Origin: Bacteroidales bacterium
GTDB lineage: Bacteria; Bacteroidota; Bacteroidia; Bacteroidales; FEN-979
Reading direction: 5' to 3'
Length of the DNA stretch: 64,000 nt
Assembly (NCBI GenBank): GCA_017882335.1
Contig: JADGPR010000009.1
Location: 990 to 64,989 of the forward strand
The position numbers and the translations under genes are program-made. The notes under the pieces are model-generated. The model worked only from the letters and a program-made list of their open reading frames with translations. It searched no databases and was not told where the DNA came from. This document shows, in pieces, positions 38,652-48,880 of the stretch. Each line of letters starts with the position of its first letter. The first letter of the stretch is position 1.

Positions 38652-40217
38652 ATGAACAAGAAAAGCATTTTCTGTCCTTTCCTGGTTTTTTTACTTTTTT
38701 CCGGACCCGGATCACAAAGCCAGGGGCAGCAGGCTTCTTTGAGCATCGACAAGCCTGTAAGGGTTGAAATTCCGGCCCGGTCCACCGACGAAACGTATCA
38801 TATCATTCCTCTTAATTCGACCGGAGTGTTGCTTTACTTCAGAAGCGTTGAAACGGTGAATGATTCCCTTACAAAATGGTATTTTTCGCTTTATGACCAA
38901 AACCTTCATCCAATCTGGGTGAAGAGTATCCCGGTGAGAACAGGAATGGAGATCAGGGATTATTATCTTGAGCACGAAATGCTCACATTATTATTTCTTG
39001 CAAGTGAGAAAGTAAAGGGAATTACCGGATCTGAGATGATCGTAAGACTGGATTGCAAATCCGGGAAATTTAGCGGAAACCGGCATTCGTTGAGTGGGAA
39101 TGTTATACCGGTAGAGTTTTTGGTTTCTCAGGATCATACTTTTCTGGGATATAATCTCAAAAATGAACCCGCACATATCCAGGTCATCGATCTGGAATTG
39201 GGGAAAGTTGCAGATTATCCGTTGACCTCTTCGGGAACGATGTCGAACCTGACAGGTTTTATTCTTGATACCTTGAACAGTATCTTATATGCGACCATCC
39301 GTAAACCTGTTTTAAAAAAGCATATCGTTTGCGACCTTCTGAAAATGAATTTTGCAGGAACGATCCTCTCAGAAACGGAGATCAGCACTGTTTCTCCATT
39401 GTGGGAAATCAGGAACCCCCAGCTTATCCTGGTAAATCCGGATGAACTATTGGTAATTGCAACCTATTCTGTTTCCGGGAAAAATGGGTCGTTAACCAGT
39501 TCCTCTGGGTTTTTTACCTGCAGGTTCAGGAATGGAATTCAGACGGATATTCATTTATTGAATTTTCTTGATCTGAAGAATTTTCAGAACATTGTGGCAG
39601 AAAAGGACCTGATTGCGATCAAAAAAAAGGCGTTGAAAAAAAACCGGCCGATAAATTATTATGTTCCGGAAGTGAATTTATTGGTTCATCCTGTCATTTT
39701 TCACCATGACCAGGTCATTTTTATGGGAGAAAGTTATGTGCCGGAATACCATCCCGAAAATTTTACGGAATTTGACTTTTACGGCCGTCCATATATCAAT
39801 ACGTACAATGTATTTGATGGATATCGTTATACCAGTGCAATCATTGCCGGCTTTGATAAAACCGGAAACCTGAAATGGAATAATTCAATGGAGATCCGGA
39901 ATCTTATCTCCACCGAGCTGATTCCCAAAGTGAATCTCTTCTGTTCCTATTCTGATACCATGGTTCTTTGTTATTCAAGCGAAGCAAGGATCGCGTCAAA
40001 AATTATCAGAGAAAATGAGGTGGTAGAGAAGCTTGATTTTTCTGGTATAGAACAAATGAACCCGGAAGACAAAATGCTTTCTGATAGTAAAAATTACATG
40101 GTTCCCTGGTATGGCCCATTTTTCCTTTGTTATGGTTACCAGGAAATTAAAAACATCAATTCTTCAGAGGATAAAAAGAGGCTGGTTTATTACTTTACAA
40201 AAGTAAGGTTTGATTGA
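38652..40217 (+). CDS. Hypothetical secreted protein, no recognisable family
   Basis: 521-aa uninterrupted ORF with an N-terminal signal peptide (FCPFLVFLLFSGPGSQSQ). Beta-rich composition; no catalytic motifs recognised. Confidence 0.6.
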   Translation: MNKKSIFCPFLVFLLFSGPGSQSQGQQASLSIDKPVRVEIPARSTDETYHIIPLNSTGVLLYFRSVETVNDSLTKWYFSLYDQNLHPIWVKSIPVRTGMEIRDYYLEHEMLTLLFLASEKVKGITGSEMIVRLDCKSGKFSGNRHSLSGNVIPVEFLVSQDHTFLGYNLKNEPAHIQVIDLELGKVADYPLTSSGTMSNLTGFILDTLNSILYATIRKPVLKKHIVCDLLKMNFAGTILSETEISTVSPLWEIRNPQLILVNPDELLVIATYSVSGKNGSLTSSSGFFTCRFRNGIQTDIHLLNFLDLKNFQNIVAEKDLIAIKKKALKKNRPINYYVPEVNLLVHPVIFHHDQVIFMGESYVPEYHPENFTEFDFYGRPYINTYNVFDGYRYTSAIIAGFDKTGNLKWNNSMEIRNLISTELIPKVNLFCSYSDTMVLCYSSEARIASKIIRENEVVEKLDFSGIEQMNPEDKMLSDSKNYMVPWYGPFFLCYGYQEIKNINSSEDKKRLVYYFTKVRFD

Positions 40218-40249
40218 CCCCGGGAAGAAAATTTTCGGTTTTACTGCAG

Positions 40250-40564
40250 TTATTGAACGATCAGCAGTTTTTTATCACAGGAAAGAATGATCAGTGATGT
40301 ATCCCTGTTGATTCCGGTGGCAGAAATATTAATGGAGTAAGTATGCTCACCTGACAGTTCGGTGCAATGCATGTAGTCTTTCAGAATTTCAAACTGCTCA
40401 TGAGTAGATTTGAGGCTGACAACTATCGTAGAATCCAATTTATTTTCAATGCACAATGTTCCCTTACCGTTACAAGGTATTGCTTCCTTTTTCTTTTTAC
40501 ATCCTGAGCTTAAAATGAAAGTGCCGAGAATCAACAAGAAGAGTAGCGGAAGATATTTTTTCAT
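40250..40564 (-). CDS. Small hypothetical lipoprotein
   Basis: 104 aa with a signal peptide and lipobox (ILSSGC), four further Cys residues, convergent with the 38652 gene. Confidence 0.5.
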   Translation of the reverse strand: MKKYLPLLFLLILGTFILSSGCKKKKEAIPCNGKGTLCIENKLDSTIVVSLKSTHEQFEILKDYMHCTELSGEHTYSINISATGINRDTSLIILSCDKKLLIVQ

Positions 40565-40584
40565 AACGATAAGGTTACTGAATG

Positions 40585-40592
40585 CAAAAATA
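40585..40592 (-). promoter_or_regulatory. -7 box TAttTTTG (minus strand) upstream of the small lipoprotein gene
   Basis: Plus-strand caaaaata, 21 nt upstream of ATG 40564. Confidence 0.4.
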
Positions 40593-40699
40593 AGAGGATA
40601 AATTGAATAACAAAATTTATTTTGGAATTATTGTTCAGGCAACCAAACTAATTCCTGCGTGTCTAATTGACAAAAGTTGAATAATCAGAGAATTTTTTT

Positions 40700-40707
40700 T
40701 ACTTTTG
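40700..40707 (+). promoter_or_regulatory. -7 box TActTTTG upstream of the giant PKD gene
   Basis: TAnnTTTG match 88 nt upstream of ATG 40795 (118 nt upstream of the alternative ATG 40825). Confidence 0.4.
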
Positions 40708-40794
40708 TTGGATAATGATGTAGTGGCGTTTTTAATCTCTTTGAAAGATGGGTTGCTAAAACCTTTTTTTCTCATTACCGTATAAAATTATTGC

Positions 40795-43700
40795 ATGGGA
40801 ATCAAACTTTCTAATAACCATAATATGTTTCATAGATTTTTACTCTACCTCACCTGTTCGTCCCTGTTTCTTGGCATGACTACACATTCGCTTTCTGCTC
40901 AACCATGTGCAGACACACAGCCAACCATTGCAGGTGCACAAATCGTATGTAACAACCAATCTGGTGTTATTTATTCAACACCGAACATACCGGGACATAC
41001 CTATTCCTGGTCCATCTTAGGGGGTGCCATTATTTCGGGAGCCAATACGAACCAAATTACCGTGAACTGGGGCCCTGTCGGAGCCGGCTCCTTAAGTGTG
41101 ACAGAGACGAACCCCTCGATTCCCTGTTTTACGATGGTGTCCAAAGCGGTAAAAGTCCAGCCACTGCTGATTTCCTACTTTTATTATACCAATACATCCT
41201 GCTATGGAGATATGCTATCATTTTGGGATGCATCTGTAGCCGACGTGACAAAACCCATCGTAAATTATCAAATTAATTTCGGAGATGGAACAGCAGATTA
41301 CAATTCCCCTGTCCGGCCAAATCCAGTCACACATACCTATGCTGCGCCATATGATGTTACTTATATCATTACTTATATTGCAACGAATAATGAAGGAACC
41401 AATGATACAATCTATGATGCTGTTTATGTAAATCCCAACCAGTTTATTCCCACGGCGGCATTTAACTACATAATACCCAACTGTTCCTACCAACCGGTTA
41501 GTTTTGACGGGACAATTTCAACGACGCCTCCATTGACAACTCCCTTTGAGCGATTTGCCTGGGATTTCGGGGATCCTGCTTCGGGATCATCAAATTATGA
41601 TAGCTGTTTAAATTGCGGTATTGTAACACATCTATTCACCGGCCCTGGAACCTATAATGTTAAACTTTCCGTTCTAAATGAAAAGTCTTGTAGAAATTCT
41701 GTTACACAACCGGTTACTATTGGTCAATCTGTTCCATCAGCCGCATATTCGTTCTCTTTCCCAACCTGCCAGAATAACCCTGTATTCTTTACCAATAACT
41801 CGACTTTCCCTGCAGGGAAAGACATCGTTACCTGGGAATGGTATTTTGGAGATGGAACTGCACCCGTGATTCGCAATGCACCCGCCAGTCCGAATGTTTC
41901 ACATGTATTTCCAGCCCTTGGCCCTTATACGGTTCAATTGGTAGTGATCAATAACCTTACCTGTGCTGACACTGTCTACCATACTGTTACACTGACACCA
42001 TCTCCAATAGCTTCTTTTACTTACAGTACTCCCTGTGCAGGCGATACAATGCATTTCCAGAATCATTCCCAGCAGAATAATGGCCCTGCCATTGTTTATT
42101 ACGACTGGAATTTTGGTGACCCGGCTTCAGGAAATAACACTTCCAACCAGATGAACGGGACCCATGTGTACGCCGACTCAGGTACCTATATTGTCAGGCT
42201 GGCAATTGCAAATACCACGGGATGCCCGGATACGATAAGGAAGACGATTCACATTAACGCCAGGCCTGCTGTTGAATTTACATGGAATACAGGCGCTATG
42301 AACAACCAGATCGAATTTCATATTGATTCATTGCCCACCGGTATCACAAACCTTGGAGCGATAGGGAATATGTGCCAGTGGAATTTCGGCGATGGCAGAT
42401 ATGGATCCGGTCATAACCCGGTTCATACCTACACGGGTTCCAATAACTGGATCGTAACGCTCACCGTTATCGATACTAATGGTTGTTCAAATTCAGTCGG
42501 TCATGTGGTCTATGTACCAGAAATACCAATGGCATTCTATTCGAGCAACTCACCGGTTTGCCTGAATACACCGATGTGTTTCACCGATCTTTCTTCGGTT
42601 CCTTCCCCACCATTTGGTTATATTGCCTCCTGGACATGGACTTTCGGTGACGGATCACCCACAGTTACTATTAATTTTCCGAACAACCCGAATGTTTGCC
42701 ATACCTACCCCGCGCCGGGCACTTACACGGTGACGCTCTCGGTTACTGATAATTCAGGATTTACAGATAGCTATAGCCATGACCAGATCGTATTGCCGCT
42801 TCCCATCGCAAACTTCTTCTGGTCAACACCCTGTAAAGGGGCACTGGTTCAGTTTACCGATGCCTCATTCCCCAATGGCGGCGGAAATGTCATTTCCTGG
42901 GAATGGAATTTTGGCGATCCTTTATCAGGGACCAATAATACAGATTTACTGCAGAACCCGAGTCATATTTTCACTGACAGCGGCTACTTTAATGTCAGAT
43001 TGATCATCCATAATTTTGATAATTGCATAGATACCATCATAAAACCGGTGTATGTGTTTCCTTCCCCTCCGGTTGACTTTACCCGGGATACCGCCTGTCT
43101 TGGTGATCTGGTTCATTTCTTTGCAAATACCATCATTACACATATCGATTCGATTGTAAGCTGGTCATGGGATTTTGGCGATGGAATGCCCCCCAGCACA
43201 GATGCAATTAATACTTCGCATCTATATACAGCTGCCGGCATCTACATTTGTACCTTAACCGTGGTCGATCATCATGGTTGTACAAATTCCGTTTCACACC
43301 AGGTAAAGGTCAATCCTAAACCCATTCCGGAATTCAGCTGGTCATCCCCTGCCTGCAGCAGCAGTGTGATACAATTTACGGATCAGTCATCCGTTCCTGC
43401 CGGCTACACCGGATTCGTGGCAAGATGGCTGTGGGATTTCGGTGACGGAACCCCCACTCAAAATTTCATCATCCCGGCCTCACCGAATGTCACTCATGTT
43501 TTTCCCATTACAAGCAATTCATACGTTGTCCGCCTGACCATTTGGTCAAGCGACAGTTGCACCCTGTTCAAAGAACATACCGTTACACTTATTCCTTCTC
43601 CTATCGCCAATTTTGATTATTCAACCGTAACCTGCCAGGGCCAGTCTATACAGTTTACAGACTTATCGCAGCCCAATGGGGGTGGAGGTATAACCCAATG

Positions 43701-46700
43701 GCATTGGAATTTTGGCGATCCTGGTTCGGGATTCAACAACCTTTCTACCATTCAAAACCCGCCGCATACTTATGCAGTTGCAGGTCCTTATACGGTGACC
43801 CTGATCATTCAGAATTCGACCGGGTGTATGGATACGATCATAAAAACAGTTACTGTTAATATGCTTCCGCTCGCTAACTTCCATGCAGATACAGCTTGCC
43901 TCAATAGCCCGACCCAGTTCACCGACCTTTCCGTCCCCAACGCAGGGGCCATGATCAGTTATTTATGGGATTTTGGTGATGGCTCTTTCTCCTCCATGCA
44001 GAATCCTTCAAATACCTATTCTACCTATGGAACGTTTAACGTAAAGCTGACGGTGGTCAATTCCAACGGCTGTACAAAAGATACCACCAAGCAGATCCTC
44101 GTACATCCGCTGCCCATTACTGAATTCAGTTTCTCTTCACCCAATTGTTTCGGTGCAGTGGTTTGTTATACCGATCTTTCACATACGGTATCCGGATATC
44201 TTGGCAGTATTGTAAAATGGGTTTGGGATTTTAATGATGGGACGATTATTACCATCAATTTCCCGGTCAACCCGAATGTCTGTCATACATTTGCAGGTAA
44301 CGTTCTTTCGCATAATGTACGGCTGACCATTAAAACCAGCGACAGTTGTACCGCATTTATAGAACATATTGTCAACAGCATCCCTGCACCCATTGCCAAT
44401 TTCGAATTCTCTTCAATCACCTGTGCCAACCAGTTGGTTCAATTCACTGACTTTTCACAGAACAACGGTGGCGGTTCCATCATTTCCTGGGATTGGAATT
44501 TCGGCGACCCGCTATCCGGAGGAAACAATATCTCAAATACACAAAACCCTCTTCATTCCTTTTCAGGACCCGGGCCCCACATTGTTACTTTGATTGTAAG
44601 GAACACCGACGGTTGCCAGGATACTAGCTGGAAGACGGTTGATGTTAGCCAGTTACCTGTCGCAAACTTCACGGCAGATACTGCATGTCTGGGTTCTCCC
44701 ACCACATTTACAAGCACCTCTGCTCCTCCCTTACCTGCGAGCATAATCACCTATTCCTGGGATTTCGGGGATGGAATATTTTCACCCCTGCAAAACCCGC
44801 CCCATATCTATCTTACTTATGGTATCAAGAATGTAACGCTAACTGTCACCAACAGCAATGGATGCGTGAAAGATACGACCAAACAGATATTGGTTAATCC
44901 GTTACCCATTGCAGCATTTATATACACAACTCCAAACTGCCTGGGATCCGTGGTCCAGTTTACAAATCAATCTACTACTGTGACCGGTTACCTGGGTTCA
45001 ATTGTCAGATGGCATTGGGATTTTGGAGATGGAACTCCCGGTATCACTATTTTCGCTCCGGGCGATCCTAATGTAACACATACATTTGGTGGCGCACAGA
45101 ACCATACGGTGAGACTGACGGTTACAACTTCCGACAGTTGTACCGCGTTCATCGAGCATGTGGTCAACAGTATGCCTTCACCAATTGCAAACTTTAGTTT
45201 CCCAACCAGTAATTGTGCAACCCAGTCTGTTCAGTTTACGGATATTTCCCAGGCTAACGGTGGCGGAAATATAACCCAATGGCATTGGGATTTCGGCGAT
45301 CCTACCTCAGGTAATAGCAATTTTTCCACTTCCCAGAATCCAGCTCACACTTTTTCAGCTTCTGGAGCCTATACTGTGACGGAAATTGTTTACAATGCAT
45401 CCAATTGTTCTGATACAACCTTCCAGCAAGTTACTGTAATTGCTCTTCCGGTGGCTGACTTCACTGCAGACTCTGTCTGTCTTGGATCAGTTACGACTTT
45501 TACCGATAATTCCACTCCAACCGGAACAATTTCACAACGGTTGTGGGATTTCGGGGACGGGGTATATTCTAATGCCACGAACCCGCCACACCAGTATTCG
45601 ACTGCCGGCGTGTTTTATGTTACATTAACTATAACAACCAATGAAGGGTGTATCGGAGTTATCACAAAAGCTTATCGTGTTTACGGGAAACCCGTTGCTT
45701 CCTTCACGGCCACTGCCCCAACGTGTGCGGGGGACTCTGTTCTTTTCACCAGTCTCTCTTCCACACCACATGGTGTTATAAGCACGTGGGACTGGACTTT
45801 TGGGGATGGCGGTAGTGGTACAGGACAGGTTGTTAGCCATCTCTATACAAGCGGAGGAACATACTCTGTAACATTAACAATCACCACATCAGATAACTGT
45901 TCCGCATCGACAACCATCCCGGTTGAAATCCAGCCAGCCCCTTTGGCTGCATTTATATATGCCACGACACGATGTGCCCAGGAGCCGGTGCAATTTACCG
46001 ATATGTCGCAAACGGGAGGCGGAAGTGCCATCACACTGTGGTTATGGAATTTTGGTGACCCGACCTCCGGTTCAGCCAATACGTCCCCGATAAAGAATCC
46101 TACACACTACTTTACCCATGGCGGGACTTTTACGGTCAATTTAATGGTAACAAGTGAAACAGGGTGTTTTGACTCAATCAATAAACTGGTGACCATCAAT
46201 GCTGCACCTTTAGCCAATTTTACGGCTGACACAGCTTGTGTGGGAAGTCTGACGCAATTCGCTGATTCATCTGTTGCAAATTCAGCAAGTATTGCTTCCT
46301 GGCTATGGAACTTTGGTGAACCTTCCTCAGGAACCAACAATACTTCTACTTTGCAGAACCCCTCACATAACTATAGTAATCCCGGACTTTATACGGTAAT
46401 GCTCACGGTTACAAATTCAAACAGCTGTACGCATGATACTACGAAACAGATTTCGGTAAATCCCAGACCACAGGCGATGTTCAGTGCGTCTGTTTCCTGT
46501 GTTGGAGATTCAACCTCTTTTACTGACATGTCGATTGCCCCGGGAAGCGGCCTCTCTGCCTGGGACTGGAATTTCGGGGATGGCAGCCCACATTCAACAA
46601 TACAGAATCCGAAACATAAATATACCACGGCTGCTACATTTAATGTTGTGCTTCGTGTTACAAATCTCAGCGGCTGCGTGGACTCTATCTCGATTCCTAT

Positions 46701-48861
46701 AACAACACGGCCAAAACCGGTTGCCGCCTTCACTTATACTAATTTCTTCTGCCCGGCAGGCCAGGTGGTCTTCCAGGATCAGTCGCAGGGAACAGGCGCA
46801 GCTATTGTCCAGCGTGAATGGATTTTCATACCAGGATCGACATCAACACTGATCAATCCTACCTTTATTTTCCCGGTAACGGATATGAGTTACCTTGTTA
46901 CATTAATCGTTACGGATAGCTATGGCTGTATGGACACTATCAGTGACAGTGTATATGTAAAACCCGGATTTGCCTTTACCTTCAGAAATGATACGGTTTG
47001 CTTTAATAACCCGACGCATTTTACCGCTGTTGACCTTGCAAAAGGCGATAGCCTGTACAATGTTTCCTGGAACTTTGGTGACCCGGCTTCAGAACCCTTG
47101 AACACTTCTTATCTATTCAGCCCGCAACATACCTTCACACACCCCGGGATCTTTGCTGTGAAACTGAAAGTAACGAATTCGGATAATTGTACCGACAGTC
47201 TATACAAGGAAGTGACCGTATATGCGCTGCCTGTTCCGGCATTTTCTGTTCTTTCCTTACCATGCGACAGTGTCATTCGTTTCAATGAATCCACTTCGGC
47301 CGGCGATGGTTCTATTTCTTCCTGGGAGTGGACCTTCGGGGACGGTTCTCCGGTGGTTACAATTCCCGGGTCCGTGGGATCAGGAGACACCTCTCATATT
47401 TACCTGGTACAGGGAATCTATCCGGTTACCCTGAAGGTAACAAACAGCTTCGGATGTTATGATACCGTCATGAAGACCGCCGAGTTGTATCCTTGTATTT
47501 TGGCAGGGTTTACGCACAATGATACCTTGATGTGTGCAAGATACAACATCGCATTCTCTGATAATTCCTTTCCTGTTAACATCATCGATCAATGGCATTG
47601 GATCTTCGGGGATGGTTTTGATACCACATATACGAATCATGCTGCCGTGATACACCATATATTTGCTGACCCCGGGGTCTATAATGTCAGGCTGATCATT
47701 CATGCAACCGTTATTGGTTCCGGCAACACTTTTGTCGATACCAGCGCGCAATCCATTGTGATACACCCGACACCTTTGCCCTATTTCTCGAATTTATCGG
47801 TTTGTAAGTTGCAGACCACCCTGTTCCAGGATACTTCAAACACATTTGGTAGTTCTACTACCTCCTGGAAATGGATCTTTGGAGAATCGTATTCAGGATC
47901 GAAGGATACATCTTATTTTAAAAACCCGACCCATAAGTATGATTCTGCCGGAGTATATACCGTTAAGATGGTCGTAATGAACCGGTTTGGTTGCAAAGAT
48001 TCCATTACAAAGCCGACACGGGTATTTGAGATCCCGACAGCAATATTTGACCATTCCAACGCCTGTAGCGGCAATCCGACCTATTTTACCGATAAATCGT
48101 TGATTGCCGATACTGCCAACATTGTTAACTGGTTATGGAACTTTGGGGAAGCCGGTGCAAATAAAGATACCTCCATGCTGAAGGATCCGACTCATCAGTA
48201 TAAAACAAATGGGGATTTCCTGGTTCGCCTGATCATAAAAGATCAACATGGATGCTATGATACGGTTGATTCTACCGTTAGGGTAAATATCACTCCGACA
48301 AGCTCATTTACCTTCACGGAAAACATTAATAATATGACCGGAAGACTGCTATTCAACAACAAATCGAATGGTGCCGATACGTATTTCTGGGACTTTGGTA
48401 ACGGCCAAACCTCGACAGATGAGAATCCGATCGTTGCCTATGCTAAGGATGGATCTTTCCTGATCATGCTTATCTCGAATAATCAATTTAATTGTTCCGA
48501 TACGGCCTACTATACATACATGTTTCACTTTAAGGGTCTTTATATCCCGAACGCTTTCATACCATCCTATTTAGGTTCAGGAGCCAATGTTTTTAAACCT
48601 ATCGGGGTTTATCTGAAGCAATTTAAAATTGAAGTGTTCGATACATGGGGTCATATGGTGTGGAGTTCAACAGCGCTTGATCCCATTACCGGGATGCCAA
48701 CAGAATCGTGGAACGGGACAGACTCAAACAATGCGATGTACCCCTCCGGTACCTATATGTGGAAGGCCAGCGCGACGTTCCTTGACAACACTATCTGGGA
48801 AGGCTCTGATATTGGCAAGGGCCAGTACACTACATTCGGAACGGTAACCTTAATTCGCTAA
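40795..48861 (+). CDS. Giant cell-surface protein with about 28 tandem PKD domains and a T9SS type-B (gliding-motility-associated) C-terminal sorting domain
   Basis: 2688-aa ORF. The W-x-F-G-D-G/P PKD signature recurs about 28 times. The signal peptide is more convincing from Met 11 (40825, MFHRFLLYLTCSSLFLGMTTHSLSAQ). The C-terminal LYIPNAFIPS...FKIEVFDTWGHMVW...GTYMWKA...GTVTLIR matches the type-B CTD pattern. Confidence 0.9.
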   Translation: MGIKLSNNHNMFHRFLLYLTCSSLFLGMTTHSLSAQPCADTQPTIAGAQIVCNNQSGVIYSTPNIPGHTYSWSILGGAIISGANTNQITVNWGPVGAGSLSVTETNPSIPCFTMVSKAVKVQPLLISYFYYTNTSCYGDMLSFWDASVADVTKPIVNYQINFGDGTADYNSPVRPNPVTHTYAAPYDVTYIITYIATNNEGTNDTIYDAVYVNPNQFIPTAAFNYIIPNCSYQPVSFDGTISTTPPLTTPFERFAWDFGDPASGSSNYDSCLNCGIVTHLFTGPGTYNVKLSVLNEKSCRNSVTQPVTIGQSVPSAAYSFSFPTCQNNPVFFTNNSTFPAGKDIVTWEWYFGDGTAPVIRNAPASPNVSHVFPALGPYTVQLVVINNLTCADTVYHTVTLTPSPIASFTYSTPCAGDTMHFQNHSQQNNGPAIVYYDWNFGDPASGNNTSNQMNGTHVYADSGTYIVRLAIANTTGCPDTIRKTIHINARPAVEFTWNTGAMNNQIEFHIDSLPTGITNLGAIGNMCQWNFGDGRYGSGHNPVHTYTGSNNWIVTLTVIDTNGCSNSVGHVVYVPEIPMAFYSSNSPVCLNTPMCFTDLSSVPSPPFGYIASWTWTFGDGSPTVTINFPNNPNVCHTYPAPGTYTVTLSVTDNSGFTDSYSHDQIVLPLPIANFFWSTPCKGALVQFTDASFPNGGGNVISWEWNFGDPLSGTNNTDLLQNPSHIFTDSGYFNVRLIIHNFDNCIDTIIKPVYVFPSPPVDFTRDTACLGDLVHFFANTIITHIDSIVSWSWDFGDGMPPSTDAINTSHLYTAAGIYICTLTVVDHHGCTNSVSHQVKVNPKPIPEFSWSSPACSSSVIQFTDQSSVPAGYTGFVARWLWDFGDGTPTQNFIIPASPNVTHVFPITSNSYVVRLTIWSSDSCTLFKEHTVTLIPSPIANFDYSTVTCQGQSIQFTDLSQPNGGGGITQWHWNFGDPGSGFNNLSTIQNPPHTYAVAGPYTVTLIIQNSTGCMDTIIKTVTVNMLPLANFHADTACLNSPTQFTDLSVPNAGAMISYLWDFGDGSFSSMQNPSNTYSTYGTFNVKLTVVNSNGCTKDTTKQILVHPLPITEFSFSSPNCFGAVVCYTDLSHTVSGYLGSIVKWVWDFNDGTIITINFPVNPNVCHTFAGNVLSHNVRLTIKTSDSCTAFIEHIVNSIPAPIANFEFSSITCANQLVQFTDFSQNNGGGSIISWDWNFGDPLSGGNNISNTQNPLHSFSGPGPHIVTLIVRNTDGCQDTSWKTVDVSQLPVANFTADTACLGSPTTFTSTSAPPLPASIITYSWDFGDGIFSPLQNPPHIYLTYGIKNVTLTVTNSNGCVKDTTKQILVNPLPIAAFIYTTPNCLGSVVQFTNQSTTVTGYLGSIVRWHWDFGDGTPGITIFAPGDPNVTHTFGGAQNHTVRLTVTTSDSCTAFIEHVVNSMPSPIANFSFPTSNCATQSVQFTDISQANGGGNITQWHWDFGDPTSGNSNFSTSQNPAHTFSASGAYTVTEIVYNASNCSDTTFQQVTVIALPVADFTADSVCLGSVTTFTDNSTPTGTISQRLWDFGDGVYSNATNPPHQYSTAGVFYVTLTITTNEGCIGVITKAYRVYGKPVASFTATAPTCAGDSVLFTSLSSTPHGVISTWDWTFGDGGSGTGQVVSHLYTSGGTYSVTLTITTSDNCSASTTIPVEIQPAPLAAFIYATTRCAQEPVQFTDMSQTGGGSAITLWLWNFGDPTSGSANTSPIKNPTHYFTHGGTFTVNLMVTSETGCFDSINKLVTINAAPLANFTADTACVGSLTQFADSSVANSASIASWLWNFGEPSSGTNNTSTLQNPSHNYSNPGLYTVMLTVTNSNSCTHDTTKQISVNPRPQAMFSASVSCVGDSTSFTDMSIAPGSGLSAWDWNFGDGSPHSTIQNPKHKYTTAATFNVVLRVTNLSGCVDSISIPITTRPKPVAAFTYTNFFCPAGQVVFQDQSQGTGAAIVQREWIFIPGSTSTLINPTFIFPVTDMSYLVTLIVTDSYGCMDTISDSVYVKPGFAFTFRNDTVCFNNPTHFTAVDLAKGDSLYNVSWNFGDPASEPLNTSYLFSPQHTFTHPGIFAVKLKVTNSDNCTDSLYKEVTVYALPVPAFSVLSLPCDSVIRFNESTSAGDGSISSWEWTFGDGSPVVTIPGSVGSGDTSHIYLVQGIYPVTLKVTNSFGCYDTVMKTAELYPCILAGFTHNDTLMCARYNIAFSDNSFPVNIIDQWHWIFGDGFDTTYTNHAAVIHHIFADPGVYNVRLIIHATVIGSGNTFVDTSAQSIVIHPTPLPYFSNLSVCKLQTTLFQDTSNTFGSSTTSWKWIFGESYSGSKDTSYFKNPTHKYDSAGVYTVKMVVMNRFGCKDSITKPTRVFEIPTAIFDHSNACSGNPTYFTDKSLIADTANIVNWLWNFGEAGANKDTSMLKDPTHQYKTNGDFLVRLIIKDQHGCYDTVDSTVRVNITPTSSFTFTENINNMTGRLLFNNKSNGADTYFWDFGNGQTSTDENPIVAYAKDGSFLIMLISNNQFNCSDTAYYTYMFHFKGLYIPNAFIPSYLGSGANVFKPIGVYLKQFKIEVFDTWGHMVWSSTALDPITGMPTESWNGTDSNNAMYPSGTYMWKASATFLDNTIWEGSDIGKGQYTTFGTVTLIR

Positions 48862-48880
48862 TTTCTAATCATTTTTCTAA

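Noticed and set aside
41218-47766. Many 60-130-aa ORFs on both strands within the giant PKD gene
   Set aside because: They are shadow ORFs of a continuous 2688-codon frame with a repeated, recognisable domain signature. None has independent support.
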